A stretch of 63,897 nt of DNA, the filler included, from Octopus bimaculoides (taxonomy: Eukaryota): NCBI RefSeq assembly GCF_001194135.2. It is 5 parts of 5 records of this genome, joined end to end, with 100 filler letters (N's around TTAATTAATTAA, not from the genome) between each part and the next. Parts side by side here need not be neighbours in the genome. Positions count along the whole stretch, not along the records: positions 62,025 to 63,897 come from NW_026303785.1; 4 more parts are not named here. One strand, given 5' to 3'. Below the pieces are notes generated by a model. That model saw only the letters and a program-made list of their open reading frames with translations, had not been told where the DNA came from and searched no databases. Positions within the stretch are counted from its first letter, which is position 1; every line of letters starts with the position of its first letter. The position numbers and the translations under genes are program-made. Shown here in pieces: positions 62,571 to 63,897 of the stretch.

Positions 62571-63118
62571 CAACAGAGTCACCTCTCTTTCTAGGAGTTT
62601 GAAAACTACACAATGCTTTATATTATATATATATATATACTAGCTTAAAAGCTAGCTCTTGTGGAGGGCTTGTGGTCCAAAACTACAGAGAGCTAAATAA
62701 CATGTCTATAATGACTATATGCCCTGGTGGTGTTTGGTCAGAGATTAAGGACAGATGAGAATTAATTCTGTAATGCAATTATTCTATTGTTTCAGTCCCA
62801 ATTTGAATTTTAACTGTTGGCCAATTTGTTCCAAAGTTCTTATCTCGATAAGCAAATGTTATTTATTTCCTTCTTGCTTTCTGATGTTATCTGACAATTG
62901 ACAACCAAGATGGCATGAATCAGCCAAGCTTTACCTGCTAGAATAGCAACCCAGATGCTTTTAAATCAGGTCCCAATGCTGGATATTCAAGAACCAAATG
63001 AAGGGAAGATTTTCAATTTCGGGACCATCCTGATTCCAAAAAGGTATAATGTAGAATAAATGTAGACTGAGATACAGGGTCCCAGACAGATAGACAGAAT
63101 TTCACTTTTATTATTATA

Positions 63119-63897
63119 CGAGGTGGAATCAAAATGTTCCTGGATTAGTTATGTTTAATAAAATAACTTATTTACCTAAGTTTTAGCATCATCTCCTTCA
63201 AAATAGTTACTTGTGCAGCAATACACTGGTCCCAGCATTCCTGCCACTTTTGGAGTCCAGCCTCGAGGTCATTTTCCATAAGCAAGTTGAGGACCTTAAA
63301 ATGGCAACCCTTGAGCTGAATTTTCATCTTGGGAAAGAGTTGGAAGTCCACAGGTGCTAAATCTGGCGGAAAGGGCAGGCGCAGAAGTGATACCATGTTG
63401 TTTTTGGCGAGAAACTCATAAGTAGAGCTTGGTAACAGGGTTGCCATGAAGAATCCAATTCTTCGTGCTCCACAAATCCTGTTACTATCACCGAATGTCC
63501 TTCCTTAAAAGTTTCAAAATGTTGCAGTAGACAGTCTGGCCCTGAGGGACGAATTCTCAATGCATAGTACCACATATCTGGGAGTGATTCTCATGGCATG
63601 ACTTCCAGATTGCTCATTGTCTTCCAGGGATGTTCTTCCACTTTTGAAGCACCTGTACCACTTGAAACATTGCATACAACCCATTGTGTCATTGCTGTAA
63701 GCCAGCTGAAAATGTCCCTGAAAGTTTAATGCAAAATTTCACGTGGGTTCTTTGTTCCTGTCCACAACAAAATCACAGACTACAGCAAACACATGATCAC
63801 AAAAACACAAATTTCAACTTGCGAAACAAACACAGCAATGTCACTTTGCACACTGCCTCATGAAGGTCACTGCTAGCTCTCACTGCACACACAACTA
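63119..63897 (-). mobile_element. degenerate, probably internally deleted mariner transposon (5' end beyond the window)
   Basis: TA then CGAGGTGGAATCAAAA terminus; C-terminal PFPPDLAPVDFQLFPKMKIQLKG..QKWQECWDQCI; N-terminal QEQRTHVKFCIKL..FKWYRCFKSGRTSLED at about 63600-63765. Confidence 0.88.

Noticed and set aside
1-63897. CRISPR arrays, rRNA, intact tRNA genes, prokaryotic operons
   Set aside because: None seen. The tRNA-like segments are degenerate SINE heads.

Overview
AT-rich, microsatellite-dense animal genomic DNA from a gapped draft assembly. The SINE families and the abundant (TA)n, (CA)n and (AAT)n repeats suggest an octopus; that is recognition, not a database result. Almost all listed ORFs are artefacts of microsatellites or N-gaps. 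Host-gene signal: (i) one 54-nt plus-strand exon (28686-28739) encoding the Rbfox/Fox-1 RRM segment QFGHILDVEIIFNERGSK; (ii) five phase-compatible minus-strand exons (37077 to 29999, plus a possible sixth at 39371-39451) encoding an unidentified protein, apparently nested antisense in the Rbfox intron; (iii) an X-box-like plus double-ETS promoter signature at about 47.3 kb. Mobile DNA includes R4/Dong-like and other restriction-endonuclease LINE fragments, one apparent short internally deleted LINE, two RTE fragments, two different Penelope-like (GIY-YIG) fragments, mariner/Tc1 remnants, piggyBac- and hAT-like MITEs and several tRNA-derived SINE families. The most notable non-coding finding is a set of minimal type I hammerhead ribozyme motifs (10012-10057 intact, 51528-51571 one core change, 49203-49258 degenerate). 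The intact one lies downstream of a tRNA-like Pol III head, suggesting a SINE/retrozyme hybrid. All alignments, folds and translations were done by eye.
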